Positions 29,713 to 39,870 of a stretch of DNA of 64,000 nucleotides are shown here, piece by piece; position 1 is the first letter of the stretch; every line of letters begins with the position of its first letter. Source of the DNA: Candidatus Thorarchaeota archaeon. Lineage in GTDB: Archaea > Asgardarchaeota > Thorarchaeia > Thorarchaeales > Thorarchaeaceae. Location: NCBI GenBank assembly GCA_003345595.1, contig PRDI01000099.1, forward strand, positions 1-64,000, in the 5' to 3' direction. The notes beneath the pieces are model-generated. The model was not told where the DNA came from. It was given only the letters and a program-made list of their open reading frames with translations, and made no database searches. The position numbers and the translations under genes are program-made.

Positions 29713-29736
29713 TGTGACTGTGTGGAGGCAGTCACA
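29713..29736 (+). promoter_or_regulatory. Inverted repeat enclosing the RBS of the wHTH gene
   Basis: TGTGACTG-tgtGGAGG-CAGTCACA, 1 nt before ATG 29738. Confidence 0.5.
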
Positions 29737-29737
29737 C

Positions 29738-30043
29738 ATGATTAAATCAAATCCTCGAAGGCGTATTGTCCAAACAAAACAGGTGTTTGATGCAACTATG
29801 ATGGGAGATGAACAACTGGCGGCGGAGCTGAACAGTCGGAAGCTCACGAAGAGCCAGTCAATTGTGCTGCGCATCTTGCGAGAGAACGGCATGCGTGGAG
29901 CCACTCCAAAGCAGATCGTAGACGAGGTTTCTTTTGCCCCTCGAACCGTCAGATATGCTCTGAGAAAGCTTTTGAAACGAAAGCTGATTCGACGTATTCC
30001 GTGTCTGCAGGACATGCGCCAGTATCTATACTTCCCGGTATAG
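29738..30043 (+). CDS. Small winged-helix transcriptional regulator
   Basis: LTKSQSIVLRIL...TPKQIVDEVSFAPRTVRYALRKL...DMRQYLY. Confidence 0.85.
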   Translation: MIKSNPRRRIVQTKQVFDATMMGDEQLAAELNSRKLTKSQSIVLRILRENGMRGATPKQIVDEVSFAPRTVRYALRKLLKRKLIRRIPCLQDMRQYLYFPV

Positions 30044-30090
30044 ATTCCACAAGTGAGAGAGGACGGCATTTCAGACCGCAAGGTCCCCTC

Positions 30091-31506
30091 TCAGGCCTTG
30101 CGAATCTCGATTCTGCCCATTAGGCTATCTTTTCCAGCGAACAGCACCTTCCCGTGTGCCTTGACAAGCTCAGAATAGACATCTATTGGGTTGTCGATCC
30201 TCGCCAGCATGTCGGCACTGTAGGCACATATTGCAATCATTGGGATGTCGAGGAAAGTATGCAGTGCCTGCTCGTACTGAATGAGTTGGGGGACCATCTG
30301 ATGCTGAATGAAGCAGCCCGTTTCACCCGTGACCCTCATGCCCCGGAATCCATCTGTCATGGCCTCTCTGTAGAGATTGTCCCATGAGGTCATGACTTCT
30401 GGCATGCTGAACTCGCCGTTTCTAATGTAGAAGCCATCGTAGCTCAGGACATCAAGTGCACCAGACTTTTCGTACTCCCTTACTTCGACACCGAATTGCT
30501 CCATTCCTCGTCTTATTTCATCTGGGGTTTCTTCTGAACATATGTACTTCGCGGCCTCGCCGTTCTCCAAGCCTGCCTTGATGTAGTTGAAGAGCGTGTT
30601 CCGCTTTGCGACTTGAGAGTCGTAGACAAGGATCACATGGTCTCTCGGCCTGAGTCGTTTGAGTATACGAGTGATCTTCTCAGATGACGAGAGTCTGAAG
30701 GTCTTCCAGTCCGTTGAGGTTCGGAAGTGGTCTTCGAAGTCTCTCTCTATGAGCCCAAGCAGACTGCCATCACTGGTCCACAGACACTTGCCTTCTGCCG
30801 CCCCGCCTTCTGTGGACGTGACAATCATGGCCTCCCTTCCGTCGAACACAACGTAGCGACTAGGGAACCCATCACCGTACTTCAGAGAGAAAGAGTGTCC
30901 CGGGAAACATTTGTCCAGCGTCCTCGGAATCATCTGCTCGTCGTCAGGACAGTCCGTGAGGATGCGGACCTTGACGTTCCTACTCTTGAGTCTCCCGAAA
31001 TCGTCTGCATAGGATGAGAGGAGCCGAGCGACGTTCTCGCTTGAGTCCACAATGTCAATCGAACTCTTTGCACCTGCAATCAGAGAGGCGGTTCTCTTTG
31101 TCATTGCATCCCTCTCAGATATCAGCACGAAGTTTGAGATTTCCTCATTCTTGTCTATCTCCTCGTCGGTTCCCCTGAAGGTGCTCAGGACATCGTTCTT
31201 CTTGGCAGTCAGTTCCAGTATGTGCCTATCCGACTCCTCTTTCTTGCGTGCAATCAGTTTCGACAGGGCATCTTCAAGGGGCAAGGCCTTCACTTTGACA
31301 GGTCTGCCTAGCACTCTGTCTACCAATCCCCCCTTCTCGAGCTTCGGCAGAGTTCTGTAGACTTCCTCTCGACGAATCCTCGCGAGCTTTGAGATCCTAC
31401 CTGCGGAGGTCGTACCCAGCTTAACTACGGCCAGATAGACCTTGGCCTCATATGGTGTTAACCCGAAATCCGAGAGCATCTTGGCGCTCTGTTCCAGCTC
31501 AGACAA
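30091..31506 (-). CDS. TrmB-family regulator fused to a MEDS domain
   Basis: FGLTPYEAKVYLA TrmB HTH, effector domain (RYVVFDGRE), DHVILVY...RVTGE...AICAY MEDS. Confidence 0.9.
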   Translation of the reverse strand: MSELEQSAKMLSDFGLTPYEAKVYLAVVKLGTTSAGRISKLARIRREEVYRTLPKLEKGGLVDRVLGRPVKVKALPLEDALSKLIARKKEESDRHILELTAKKNDVLSTFRGTDEEIDKNEEISNFVLISERDAMTKRTASLIAGAKSSIDIVDSSENVARLLSSYADDFGRLKSRNVKVRILTDCPDDEQMIPRTLDKCFPGHSFSLKYGDGFPSRYVVFDGREAMIVTSTEGGAAEGKCLWTSDGSLLGLIERDFEDHFRTSTDWKTFRLSSSEKITRILKRLRPRDHVILVYDSQVAKRNTLFNYIKAGLENGEAAKYICSEETPDEIRRGMEQFGVEVREYEKSGALDVLSYDGFYIRNGEFSMPEVMTSWDNLYREAMTDGFRGMRVTGETGCFIQHQMVPQLIQYEQALHTFLDIPMIAICAYSADMLARIDNPIDVYSELVKAHGKVLFAGKDSLMGRIEIRKA

Positions 31507-31657
31507 GACAGAATCGACTCCTTGCAGCGAAAGTTATCCGAATAATGTATCACTGTGTATTTGAGAGTATTGGCTCAAGTTGTGTGAGAGTTTCTCTGGG
31601 CCTACCTAAGCAGAGGTTGGGCACCAACACTTATCTCTTGGACTCAGTTTATTCATA

Positions 31658-33436
31658 GTGGGCGGAAGGAAGTTGCCAAGGGAACCACGATACATCGCAC
31701 TCTTCATACTGTCAGTCGTTCTTGCATCGGCAATCTACATGGGCTGGTCTGCTGAGAGAGCTCTCGGAGAAGTCGCTGTGGGAGACTTCCAGATTGTTCG
31801 GGCGAATGGCAGAACCGTCGATTTCTCTGTTTTCAAGCCCCGCACACAGACCTATAGCGGTCCCTTGCCCGCAGTCTTGACCATCCATGGAATCTCTGCA
31901 TCAAGGGATGCCATGCTGCCCTTCAACACTGAATTGGCACGAAGGAACTTCACAGTCGTGTCTGTGGACCTGGCTGGCCATGGGGTGTCCTCTGAAACGT
32001 TCAGCTTCTCTACGTTCCTAGAGGTCGCCAAAGATGCTTACGAGGCTGTTCGCTATGTCCAGCTGAGCGATCCTGGCACCAGCAACTTCACCTATGGTGT
32101 CCTTGGACACTCACTGGGTGCTGGTGTCGCACTCCTCATGCAGGCGATGCCTGTACAGCCCAATGCCACAGTGATTATTGGTGGAGGGATAGGTGAGAAC
32201 TTCGGAGGACTGTCGTTGCCCCTCAATCAGACTCATCCTCAGAATCTCATGATTGCTTGCGGCCTGTACGACGAGCTGGTATCTCCGGCATCAGCCATCG
32301 AATCGCTGAAGACCGCAACCGGGCTGTCAGATGTCAATGAGAACACAACCTACGGCAGCTTTCTGAACGGGACCGCAAGGAAGCTTGTGCTGAGCAACAC
32401 CGATCATCTGTTCGAAATGTCTGATCCCGTGATTGTCACTCAGTCAGTTGACTGGATGGGACGTTCGCTTCAGGGAGTACACCAGCTCGAACAACACACA
32501 CTTTCACCATCTAGCCACATCTACCAGTACGCAACCATTGCCGTCGCGATTCAGTCATCATCTGTTCTGTTGGCAGTCCTTCCCCTATTCCTCATTACGT
32601 ACTCAATACTACCATTGAAGCTCAGGCCAACACGGGCACAAAATGACCTGCCCGAACTCTCGACGAGGAGGAGTCTTGAGTCCAGTTTCCTGATTGGAGT
32701 CTTTGCTGGCGTTCTGTTTCTTTCGATTATGCTGATGGGTCTCATGCTTGAGTTCGCCGGATTGGCCCTCATTCCGGTATCGTTTGGCACTACTCTAACG
32801 CTCTACTCCATAATCATGTACTTTGTCGTTGGTTTCTCCGTGAGATGGCTCCTTGGTAGAAAGCCGGAGCACGCCGGCGACGATGCAGGTTCCGACGACA
32901 GACGTAAGCTGGCACTCCATGACCTCTCCAGGTCGCTTGTCCTCTTGATTCCGGTCATAGTCTGGTTGTTTCTCTGGTCTTGGTTGTCTTCATCATTAGC
33001 TGGAATCAGGCTTGCCGCTACCCCTCAGACGACAGGAGCTGCCAGTCTAGAAAGAGCGGCATACACTGGGGTCTTGACTCTGACACTCCTCCCTCTTTTC
33101 TATGCAGATGCAGTGTGGCTAGATGGAGTAGCCAAAGTGACCTCGGGTTGGTCTTCGCTCTTCTCGTTGTCTAAGAAGTGTGTGGGTGTGATTGTTTACA
33201 GGTTGGCTGGATTCGGTATCGTGGTGGGACTGCTCTATATCCCGTTTCTTGCTGGGGCCCAACTGGGATTCATAATGTTCGTGGCACTACTCATGCTTCC
33301 CTTCGCTGTCCTATTCGGCTTTAGTGCACTGGTCACCCTATGGGTTGGAGGACTGACAAAGAACCTGTTGGCTGCCGCTCTGCTTAACGCATTTCTCTTG
33401 GCTATGATTGTGGCCAGCACGTTCGAGATCATCTGA
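31658..33436 (+). CDS. Membrane-bound alpha/beta hydrolase with multi-TM C-terminus
   Basis: IHG, DLAGHG, GHSLG nucleophile, YDELV, TDHL; N-terminal anchor, sequons, about 8 TMs. Confidence 0.88.
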   Translation: MGGRKLPREPRYIALFILSVVLASAIYMGWSAERALGEVAVGDFQIVRANGRTVDFSVFKPRTQTYSGPLPAVLTIHGISASRDAMLPFNTELARRNFTVVSVDLAGHGVSSETFSFSTFLEVAKDAYEAVRYVQLSDPGTSNFTYGVLGHSLGAGVALLMQAMPVQPNATVIIGGGIGENFGGLSLPLNQTHPQNLMIACGLYDELVSPASAIESLKTATGLSDVNENTTYGSFLNGTARKLVLSNTDHLFEMSDPVIVTQSVDWMGRSLQGVHQLEQHTLSPSSHIYQYATIAVAIQSSSVLLAVLPLFLITYSILPLKLRPTRAQNDLPELSTRRSLESSFLIGVFAGVLFLSIMLMGLMLEFAGLALIPVSFGTTLTLYSIIMYFVVGFSVRWLLGRKPEHAGDDAGSDDRRKLALHDLSRSLVLLIPVIVWLFLWSWLSSSLAGIRLAATPQTTGAASLERAAYTGVLTLTLLPLFYADAVWLDGVAKVTSGWSSLFSLSKKCVGVIVYRLAGFGIVVGLLYIPFLAGAQLGFIMFVALLMLPFAVLFGFSALVTLWVGGLTKNLLAAALLNAFLLAMIVASTFEII

Positions 33437-33535
33437 TCCTGGAAAGTAGTAGGCAGAAAGAGAACAGGCGCGTGCATCTGCTGTCGTTTCCTGATTGTGA
33501 TTCATCACACGCGCCAAGAGCCACAGTTGCGGACA

Positions 33536-34804
33536 CTACGTGCCTTCGGCATAGGCCGTCGCATATGCCGCCTGCTCTCGAGTGAGTCGATCGATTTTGA
33601 TGCCCATGGTTTCAAGCTTGGCTAGTGCAGTCTGCCTGTCTAGGTCCTTCGGGAACTCATAGACTGCAGGTTTCAGATTCCTCCCATTCACTGAGAGCCA
33701 GAGCATTGCATTGAGCTGGGCAGCAAAGGACAGATCCATCACTTCAGACGGATGCCCCTCTGCAGCGACGAGATTGACAAGCCTGCCTTCGCCCAAAAGG
33801 TAGAGGCGTCGCCCGTCCTTTAGCATATACTCATCAAGTGCCGGACGCACTCTCTTCTTTCCCTCACTCAGAGCTGCCAAATCGTTTGTATTGACTTCAA
33901 CGTTGTAGTGTCCAGCGTTGCCGAGGATAGCTCCGTCCTTCATCGCCTTCATGTGTTCACCAGTGATTATATCCTTCATACCAGTGGCAGTAATGAACAG
34001 GTCCCCCTCTTTTGCCGCTTGCTTCATCGGCATGACTCTGTAACCGTCCATCCGCGCCTGTAGTGCCCTGACTGGGTCTGCTTCTGTCACGACAACATCT
34101 GCGCCCAGTCCGCGCGCTCTGGTCGCGAGACCGTGTCCACAGAAGCCGTAGCCAGAAATCACAACGGTCTTACCGGCAATCAGTATCGCGGAGGCTCGCA
34201 GCACACCATCGAATGAGCTCTGTCCTGTGCCATAGACGTTGTCGAACATATGTTTCGTGTCGGCATCGTTGACGGCCATGATTGGATACTTGAGCGCTCC
34301 ATCCTCAGCCATTGCCCTGACCCTGATCACTCCAGTGGTGGTTTCTTCCGAGCCGCCATACAGCTCTGGTATCATCTCCTCATGCTTCCTATGAAGAGTG
34401 AAGATGAGGTCCGCGCCATCATCGAGTGTGAGGTTCGGACGATGCTCCAGTGTCTTTTCGATGCACCAGTAGTACTCTTCTTTGCTCAAGCCGTTCCAAG
34501 CAAAGACTGGTATGTCATTTGCAGCCATAGCGGCCGCGACCTTATCGTTGGTCGAGAGCGGGTTGCAGCCAGACCATGCGACCTCAGCGCCGGCTGCCCT
34601 CAGGGTTTCGACCAAAACTGCAGTTTCCTTGGTAACATGGAGACAACCTGAGATTCTCATTCCCTTCAGAGGTTTCTTCTCAGAGTGCTGTTTCCTCAAA
34701 TGCATGAGCACTGGCATGTGCTTTTCCGCGTAGTCAACGAGCATCCTGCCTTCTTCGGCGAGCTTGATGTCCCTGACCTTATAGTCCACCATATGATTCA
34801 CCAA
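33536..34804 (-). CDS. ahcY: Adenosylhomocysteinase
   Basis: GCLHVTKET, CNPLST, EETTTG, KHMFDNVYGTGQS, GRLVNL, GHPSEVMD. Confidence 0.98.
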   Translation of the reverse strand: MVNHMVDYKVRDIKLAEEGRMLVDYAEKHMPVLMHLRKQHSEKKPLKGMRISGCLHVTKETAVLVETLRAAGAEVAWSGCNPLSTNDKVAAAMAANDIPVFAWNGLSKEEYYWCIEKTLEHRPNLTLDDGADLIFTLHRKHEEMIPELYGGSEETTTGVIRVRAMAEDGALKYPIMAVNDADTKHMFDNVYGTGQSSFDGVLRASAILIAGKTVVISGYGFCGHGLATRARGLGADVVVTEADPVRALQARMDGYRVMPMKQAAKEGDLFITATGMKDIITGEHMKAMKDGAILGNAGHYNVEVNTNDLAALSEGKKRVRPALDEYMLKDGRRLYLLGEGRLVNLVAAEGHPSEVMDLSFAAQLNAMLWLSVNGRNLKPAVYEFPKDLDRQTALAKLETMGIKIDRLTREQAAYATAYAEGT

Positions 34805-34877
34805 ACATGAGCCGGAGTATGACTTATATGAATGCTACATCCACTTGTCGCATACAAAGCATCATGTTGGCTTGCGA

Positions 34878-35816
34878 ATGTCCCATTCTATCACGGAAGG
34901 CGAATCATCTCTTCTGAGGCTGCTGCTGAAGAGCTCTCGCTCGACCACGGATTACTTGGGCGACCAGCTTGGCAAGAGCCGCAACTGGATCACTCGCATG
35001 ATGAAACGCCTAGCAGAGAAACATGTCATAATGGCATACGTCACTGTGTTTGACCCGGCCCAAGTCTTCAGTGAGAAAAGCACTGTTCTCCTGATCAAGA
35101 CAAATCCACGGGAGCTCAGGCTGAGCAAAGCACTTCTAGAATTGCCAGAACTCGAATCGCTTGATGGTATCTCTGGAGAACACTCTCTGCATGGGCTCCT
35201 CAGATTCAGGAGTCCAGCAGGATTCGATGCGTTTCTCAACAGAATCGATCGAATGCTTGCCATTTCAGACTCCCGGACTTACAAGCTGGTTCAGGTTCTG
35301 GCCACATACAAGACTCGCGGTTTTGTCATCGATAAGCCGCAATCGAAACAGCCACCTCTTACAACAAGCGAGCTGGATCTGATACGGGTCATCTATAGAC
35401 AGTCACCCTCGGATGAGTTTCCGATGCCCCTGTCACAGGAGGAGATAGGCCACAGGATGGACCCAAAGTTGAGCCAGCCTGCCGTGTCGAGAATAATGAA
35501 GCGTCTTCAGGAGAGAAGCACAATCGTAGGCTACACTGTCGATATCAGCTTTGGGCATGTGGGGCTGCCCGTCAAGTTCTTCCTACAAATCAAGACTCGT
35601 CCGGGCACAATAGCTGAAACCGCACGCTATGTGAGCAGAATGGACGAAGTCTGGGACCTGCACAGGACCAGTGAGGACTTCAGCTTGTTTGCAACAGTGC
35701 GCACAGAGAATGTCGACCACTACAATAGATTTCTGAAGAACCTATACAACAACGAGTCTGTTCTTGACACTCAATCACAGGTTTCACTTGAGGAATGGTT
35801 TGTTCCTGTGAGATAG
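34878..35816 (+). CDS. Tandem (double) Lrp/AsnC regulator
   Basis: Two HTH + RAM repeats (ISGEHSL; TSEDFSL); divergent from ahcY. Confidence 0.85.
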   Translation: MSHSITEGESSLLRLLLKSSRSTTDYLGDQLGKSRNWITRMMKRLAEKHVIMAYVTVFDPAQVFSEKSTVLLIKTNPRELRLSKALLELPELESLDGISGEHSLHGLLRFRSPAGFDAFLNRIDRMLAISDSRTYKLVQVLATYKTRGFVIDKPQSKQPPLTTSELDLIRVIYRQSPSDEFPMPLSQEEIGHRMDPKLSQPAVSRIMKRLQERSTIVGYTVDISFGHVGLPVKFFLQIKTRPGTIAETARYVSRMDEVWDLHRTSEDFSLFATVRTENVDHYNRFLKNLYNNESVLDTQSQVSLEEWFVPVR

Positions 35817-35917
35817 CACAAGTGTCGTCCCGCTGGAAGTCCCTCAGAATGAAGGGAAAGGCCATATCGGTTCTCTCGTGATGTGCGAGTGTGATGAGCC
35901 ATTAGAGGAGGAGGACA

Positions 35918-36255
35918 TTGAAGTTCGATCCACTCTTCATAGGATTCTACTACCTTGAATCCTGACGGCCCTCTTCCTGACGCTTCTCTCGATGTCGCGC
36001 CGCGATAGCTCTGGCTCCACGAAGACATATGGATGGGGGTCAATTACGGCTTTCCTCACCGGTGGAGTCTCCTTCAGTGCTTTATCGCAAAGTCTTGGGA
36101 ACCACATTGGTACTATCGGTGGCTACTTCCTGATTCTTCTTGAAGTGTTCCAGTACTACTTTGACAGGCTGAAAAGTCGACGGGGCACGAAGGGAGTTTT
36201 TCACACTACCGGCCGGCATCCAGTCCAAACTAGGATGAACCAAGGTGGCTTGTGA
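35918..36255 (+). pseudogene. Probable frameshifted small membrane protein
   Basis: GGAGGAGGA then TTG MKFDPLFIGFYYL; hydrophobic helix continues as ILTALFLTLLSM only after a one-base shift at about 35957. Confidence 0.45.
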
Positions 36256-36411
36256 AGTTCAGTTTTGTGAAGCAGGATTCTTCTGCAGGGGCACTCTCCG
36301 AAGTTGAGCACACGTTCACCGAAACAAGGATGCTAATGGAGGCCTTGACAGTCCCGCACTGACCTGTTCTGCATACACTCCCGGACATGTGTACCTTCGG
36401 TGTTTTATCCA

Positions 36412-37011
36412 TCATTGAATAGGCTCGTTCGAGGAAGCGGATGACTCTCCTAACAGCATGTTAGTCCAGAGTGAATGTCTGCATTTCCAGGCGATACCTA
36501 GCAATGCTACTAGCATCACTGAGCTCACCAGAGAGTTTGCAAGAGCAAACCCTGCCTGCAGATCACCCTCTGGTGCCAAAAGCAAGACGAGTATGCCAAC
36601 TATTGTGTACGGGTCTATCCAAGGCCACAGAACCGGATTGAACCAGTGCATGGGCAGGTCAAGTGCAAGGTGGCCGAGCAGACCGACCAGGCATGACAAG
36701 TACAGAGCTGTGCCCAATGAGCAAGCTTTGTTCAGCCCGAGTCGCTCAACTCGGAATATGTTGGCAACCAGAGGGGGATACAGATAGTGCGTTATGAGCA
36801 CTGAGAGGAGCATTCCGAGAGTGAGCAGGCCCAAGAGACTGTGCAGAATCAGGTGATCAGGAACTCCACGATCGAAGACCCACAAGATGGGCACCTCAAT
36901 GTCTGGTATGAATGAGCCCACAATTAGGCCGGGTAATGGTAATCTTCCTTGCAGCCTGTGTAGACCATATGCAACTGGATAATGTAAAGGCGTTAGCGGC
37001 ACTGCGGTCAC
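36412..37011 (-). CDS. DUF4184-like membrane-bound metal-dependent hydrolase
   Basis: PLTPLH, GSFIPD, HSLLG, GHLALD, H motifs. Confidence 0.82.
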   Translation of the reverse strand: MTAVPLTPLHYPVAYGLHRLQGRLPLPGLIVGSFIPDIEVPILWVFDRGVPDHLILHSLLGLLTLGMLLSVLITHYLYPPLVANIFRVERLGLNKACSLGTALYLSCLVGLLGHLALDLPMHWFNPVLWPWIDPYTIVGILVLLLAPEGDLQAGFALANSLVSSVMLVALLGIAWKCRHSLWTNMLLGESSASSNEPIQ

Positions 37012-37108
37012 CTAGCCTGACACTTGCGTAACATCCTGAAATGAATAACTGGGACAGTCCTCAAGAGTCTTATAGAGCATGCGCCTCAGTACCGTTGGTG
37101 CCAGAGCG

Positions 37109-37642
37109 ATGGGCCTGTACAGATTTGATGGTAAGATGCCAAAGATACACCCGGGCGCATATGTTTCTCCTCGAGCAGCAGTCATTGGAGATGTTGAGAT
37201 TGGGGATGGAGCCAGCGTCTGGGAGTTTGCTGTGATTCGAGGGGATATGAACAAGATACGAGTTGGCAAGAACACTTCCATACAGGACAACTGCACAGTT
37301 CATGCCACATTCACTGAACCGACTACCATAGGCAATCTTGTGACTGCAGGTCACAACTCAGTGATCCATGCGTGTGAGATAGGTGACAACGTCGTTGTTG
37401 GCATCGGTGCGATAGTTCTCAATGGTGCCAAGGTTGGAAGCGGCAGCGTCATAGGTGCAGGTGCTGTTGTTACGGAAAACACGTTGGTCCCTGAGAATTC
37501 ATTGGTACTGGGAATACCCGGCAAGGTTGTGAAGGAAGTCTCAGCTGACATGCACGAAACCTTCACGACCAACGCAGAGCTCTACATTGAGCTTGGAAGG
37601 AAGCATAAAGAGGAATTGGAGCGGTCCAAGAAGAGCAAGTAG
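37109..37642 (+). CDS. Gamma-carbonic-anhydrase family protein (YrdA/PaaY-like)
   Basis: IRGD, IQDNCTVH, GHNSVIH, hexapeptide repeats. Confidence 0.93.
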   Translation: MGLYRFDGKMPKIHPGAYVSPRAAVIGDVEIGDGASVWEFAVIRGDMNKIRVGKNTSIQDNCTVHATFTEPTTIGNLVTAGHNSVIHACEIGDNVVVGIGAIVLNGAKVGSGSVIGAGAVVTENTLVPENSLVLGIPGKVVKEVSADMHETFTTNAELYIELGRKHKEELERSKKSK

Positions 37643-37814
37643 AGGAATCGCCGCCTGCTACAGGCATGCCTCTATTCATTCACGCGGCCATGCCTGCTCT
37701 TTGGTCAACAGAGGGGCCCGTTTTCTCAAGGTTCAGTAAGTAATCAAGCTGAAATCAGAAGCCTCTACCACGATTGGGTTTTTGCCAGAGCGCTACGTAA
37801 GGAGGCATGGGAAA

Positions 37815-37853
37815 TTGGAAGAAAAACGAGGAACGGGGCACACGTAGCCCCGT
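37815..37853 (-). terminator. Hairpin plus pyrimidine/T tract after the acyl-CoA ligase gene
   Basis: ACGGGGC-7nt-GCCCCGT followed on the - strand by TCCTCGTTTTTCTTCCAA. Confidence 0.6.
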
Positions 37854-37860
37854 CCGACAT

Positions 37861-39618
37861 CTAGGCCTTGATGCCTTTCTTGTCGAGTTCCTTCTTCCGG
37901 AGCTCTCGTCTGAGTACTTTGCCCACTTGGCTCAAGGGTAGTGACTCCACAAACTCGATTTCTTTGGGTCTCTTGTATCCTGCCAGTCTACTCTTCGCCC
38001 ACTCAAGAATCTCATCTGGAGTTGCGGTCTGTCCCGGTTTCAAGACCACGAAGGCCTTGACGTACTCATCACCCGGGTCATCTTTCTTGGGCACACCAAT
38101 GACAGCAGCCATGGCTATCTTGGGGTGCTCATAGAGCGCGTCCTCAATCTCACGCGGATAGGCCTTGAGCCCTCCTGCGTTGATCATTTCCTTCTTCCGA
38201 TCGCTGATGATGGTGAAGCCCTCATTGTCCATGTAGCCAATGTCACCTGTGAGGAAGAAACGCTTCCCACCTATGGTTCTGAAGACCTCCTCAGTTTCCT
38301 TCGGTTTGTTCCAGTATCCTTTCATCACTTGAGGGCCGCTGACAGCAATCTCTCCCTTCTCACCTATTGGCATCTCCTTCATGCCAGTTTCGACGTCGAG
38401 TATCTTGCAGATGGTGTCAGGTATTGGCAGTCCAATGGATCCAAACTTGCGGTCTCGCCGGTTTGTCGGGTTGATGTGTGTGACTGGCGAGGTCTCAGTG
38501 AGCCCGTAGCCTTCGAAGAGGATTGCACCAGTGGCTTCCTCGAATTTCTTGGCCAGCTCAGGAGGCAATGGTGCTGCTCCGGAACTGCATACCTTGATGG
38601 ACCTCAGATTGTACTTCTTGACGTCGGGATGGTTGACAACTCCCGCATAGAGTGCCGGCACGCAGTTGAATATGGTTCCCTTGTATTCTTGCAAGTCCTT
38701 CAGGAGCGCGGTCATCGGGGGTTTCCCGGCTCTGGGGTCTGGGATACAGACGATCCTAGACGAGAGGTATGTCCCCATTAGCATAGTCAGCGTCAAGCCG
38801 TAGCTGTGGTACCATGGCAGAGCTCCTACAAAGACTTCGTCCATCTCCTGGATCTTCGGAGGCGCCTTGATGTCTTCAGGCGACAGGTTCACCCACTCAT
38901 AGACCTGATGCACGTTGGAAACCAAGTTACTGTGCGTCAGTGCTGCACCCTTGGGGGTGCCAGTAGTCCCGCCGGTGTACAGGATCAGGGCCACATCGTC
39001 GGGGTTGACCTTGACGTCTGGCGGCTTAGGTTCCGATTTGGCAATGACATCATCGTAGAAGAATGTCACGTCGGCTTGATACGAGGGACTTTTCGGAATC
39101 TTACCAAGAGCGCCGCCGAGCACTGCCTTGGCTTTCGGCAAGAACGACTTGACGCTGCAAACGACTACAGTCTTGACATCTGTCCCCTTGATGGCCTCGT
39201 AGCACGTTGGTGTGAATGTCGGATGGTCAAGCACAAAGACGGCAGTTGCACCTGAGTCCTTGAGCTGGAAATTCAGTTCCGCCACCTTGTACATCGGGTT
39301 ACAGGTCACGACGGTTGCTCCAGCTTTCAGTCCGCCGAAGAACACAGCCGGGAAGTGGGGCACATTCGGCAGGAAGAGGGCCACCCTGTCGCCCTTCTTG
39401 ATGCCTCGGGATGCGAGGAAGTTCGCAATCCTGTTGGCGTGATCACGGATCTCGGCATACGTCTTCGAGGCGCCCTCGAACAACGTGTAGGGCCGAGTTC
39501 CATTCTTGTCTGCTGCTTTGTCCAGCATGGCATAGATTGGCTCTTTCGGATAGTCCAGTTTCTTGCGGGCTTCCTTTGGCCACTTGAACTTGTACCAGAG
39601 ATAGGTTTCTTCTACCAA
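37861..39618 (-). CDS. Long-chain acyl-CoA ligase (FadD/LcfA-like)
   Basis: YTGGTTGTPKG, EGYGLTE, TGDIG, DRKK, GKVLRR. Confidence 0.95.
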   Translation of the reverse strand: MVEETYLWYKFKWPKEARKKLDYPKEPIYAMLDKAADKNGTRPYTLFEGASKTYAEIRDHANRIANFLASRGIKKGDRVALFLPNVPHFPAVFFGGLKAGATVVTCNPMYKVAELNFQLKDSGATAVFVLDHPTFTPTCYEAIKGTDVKTVVVCSVKSFLPKAKAVLGGALGKIPKSPSYQADVTFFYDDVIAKSEPKPPDVKVNPDDVALILYTGGTTGTPKGAALTHSNLVSNVHQVYEWVNLSPEDIKAPPKIQEMDEVFVGALPWYHSYGLTLTMLMGTYLSSRIVCIPDPRAGKPPMTALLKDLQEYKGTIFNCVPALYAGVVNHPDVKKYNLRSIKVCSSGAAPLPPELAKKFEEATGAILFEGYGLTETSPVTHINPTNRRDRKFGSIGLPIPDTICKILDVETGMKEMPIGEKGEIAVSGPQVMKGYWNKPKETEEVFRTIGGKRFFLTGDIGYMDNEGFTIISDRKKEMINAGGLKAYPREIEDALYEHPKIAMAAVIGVPKKDDPGDEYVKAFVVLKPGQTATPDEILEWAKSRLAGYKRPKEIEFVESLPLSQVGKVLRRELRKKELDKKGIKA

Positions 39619-39667
39619 TCTAAACTCACTCCACTACTCTCTCTTGAGGATTCTTGACTCCGAGTAG

Positions 39668-39725
39668 CAGTCAAAGACTGTTTGCGCCTACACGTTCGTG
39701 ACTGATATCTCTTCTGTCAGAAGAG
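39668..39725. promoter_or_regulatory. Two inverted repeats in the ligase/dehydratase divergent promoter
   Basis: CAGTC-AAA-GACTG (39668-39680) and CTCTTCTG-T-CAGAAGAG (39709-39725). Confidence 0.45.
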
Positions 39726-39870
39726 GAACTGGCCTCAGACCGCAACATGCTCAATCTACGCTCCCCGGCTCTCCGATGGTCCAGATAGCACAACAGATAA
39801 GATGTGCCATGACGAACCATTCCTGTATTTGATGTTGTCACACGAAAGCCAATGACCGGGGATCGCCGAT

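Noticed and set aside
36230-36415. 61-aa ORF overlapping the DUF4184 stop
   Set aside because: Composition is not clearly protein-like and no motif was recognised; the overlap alone is insufficient
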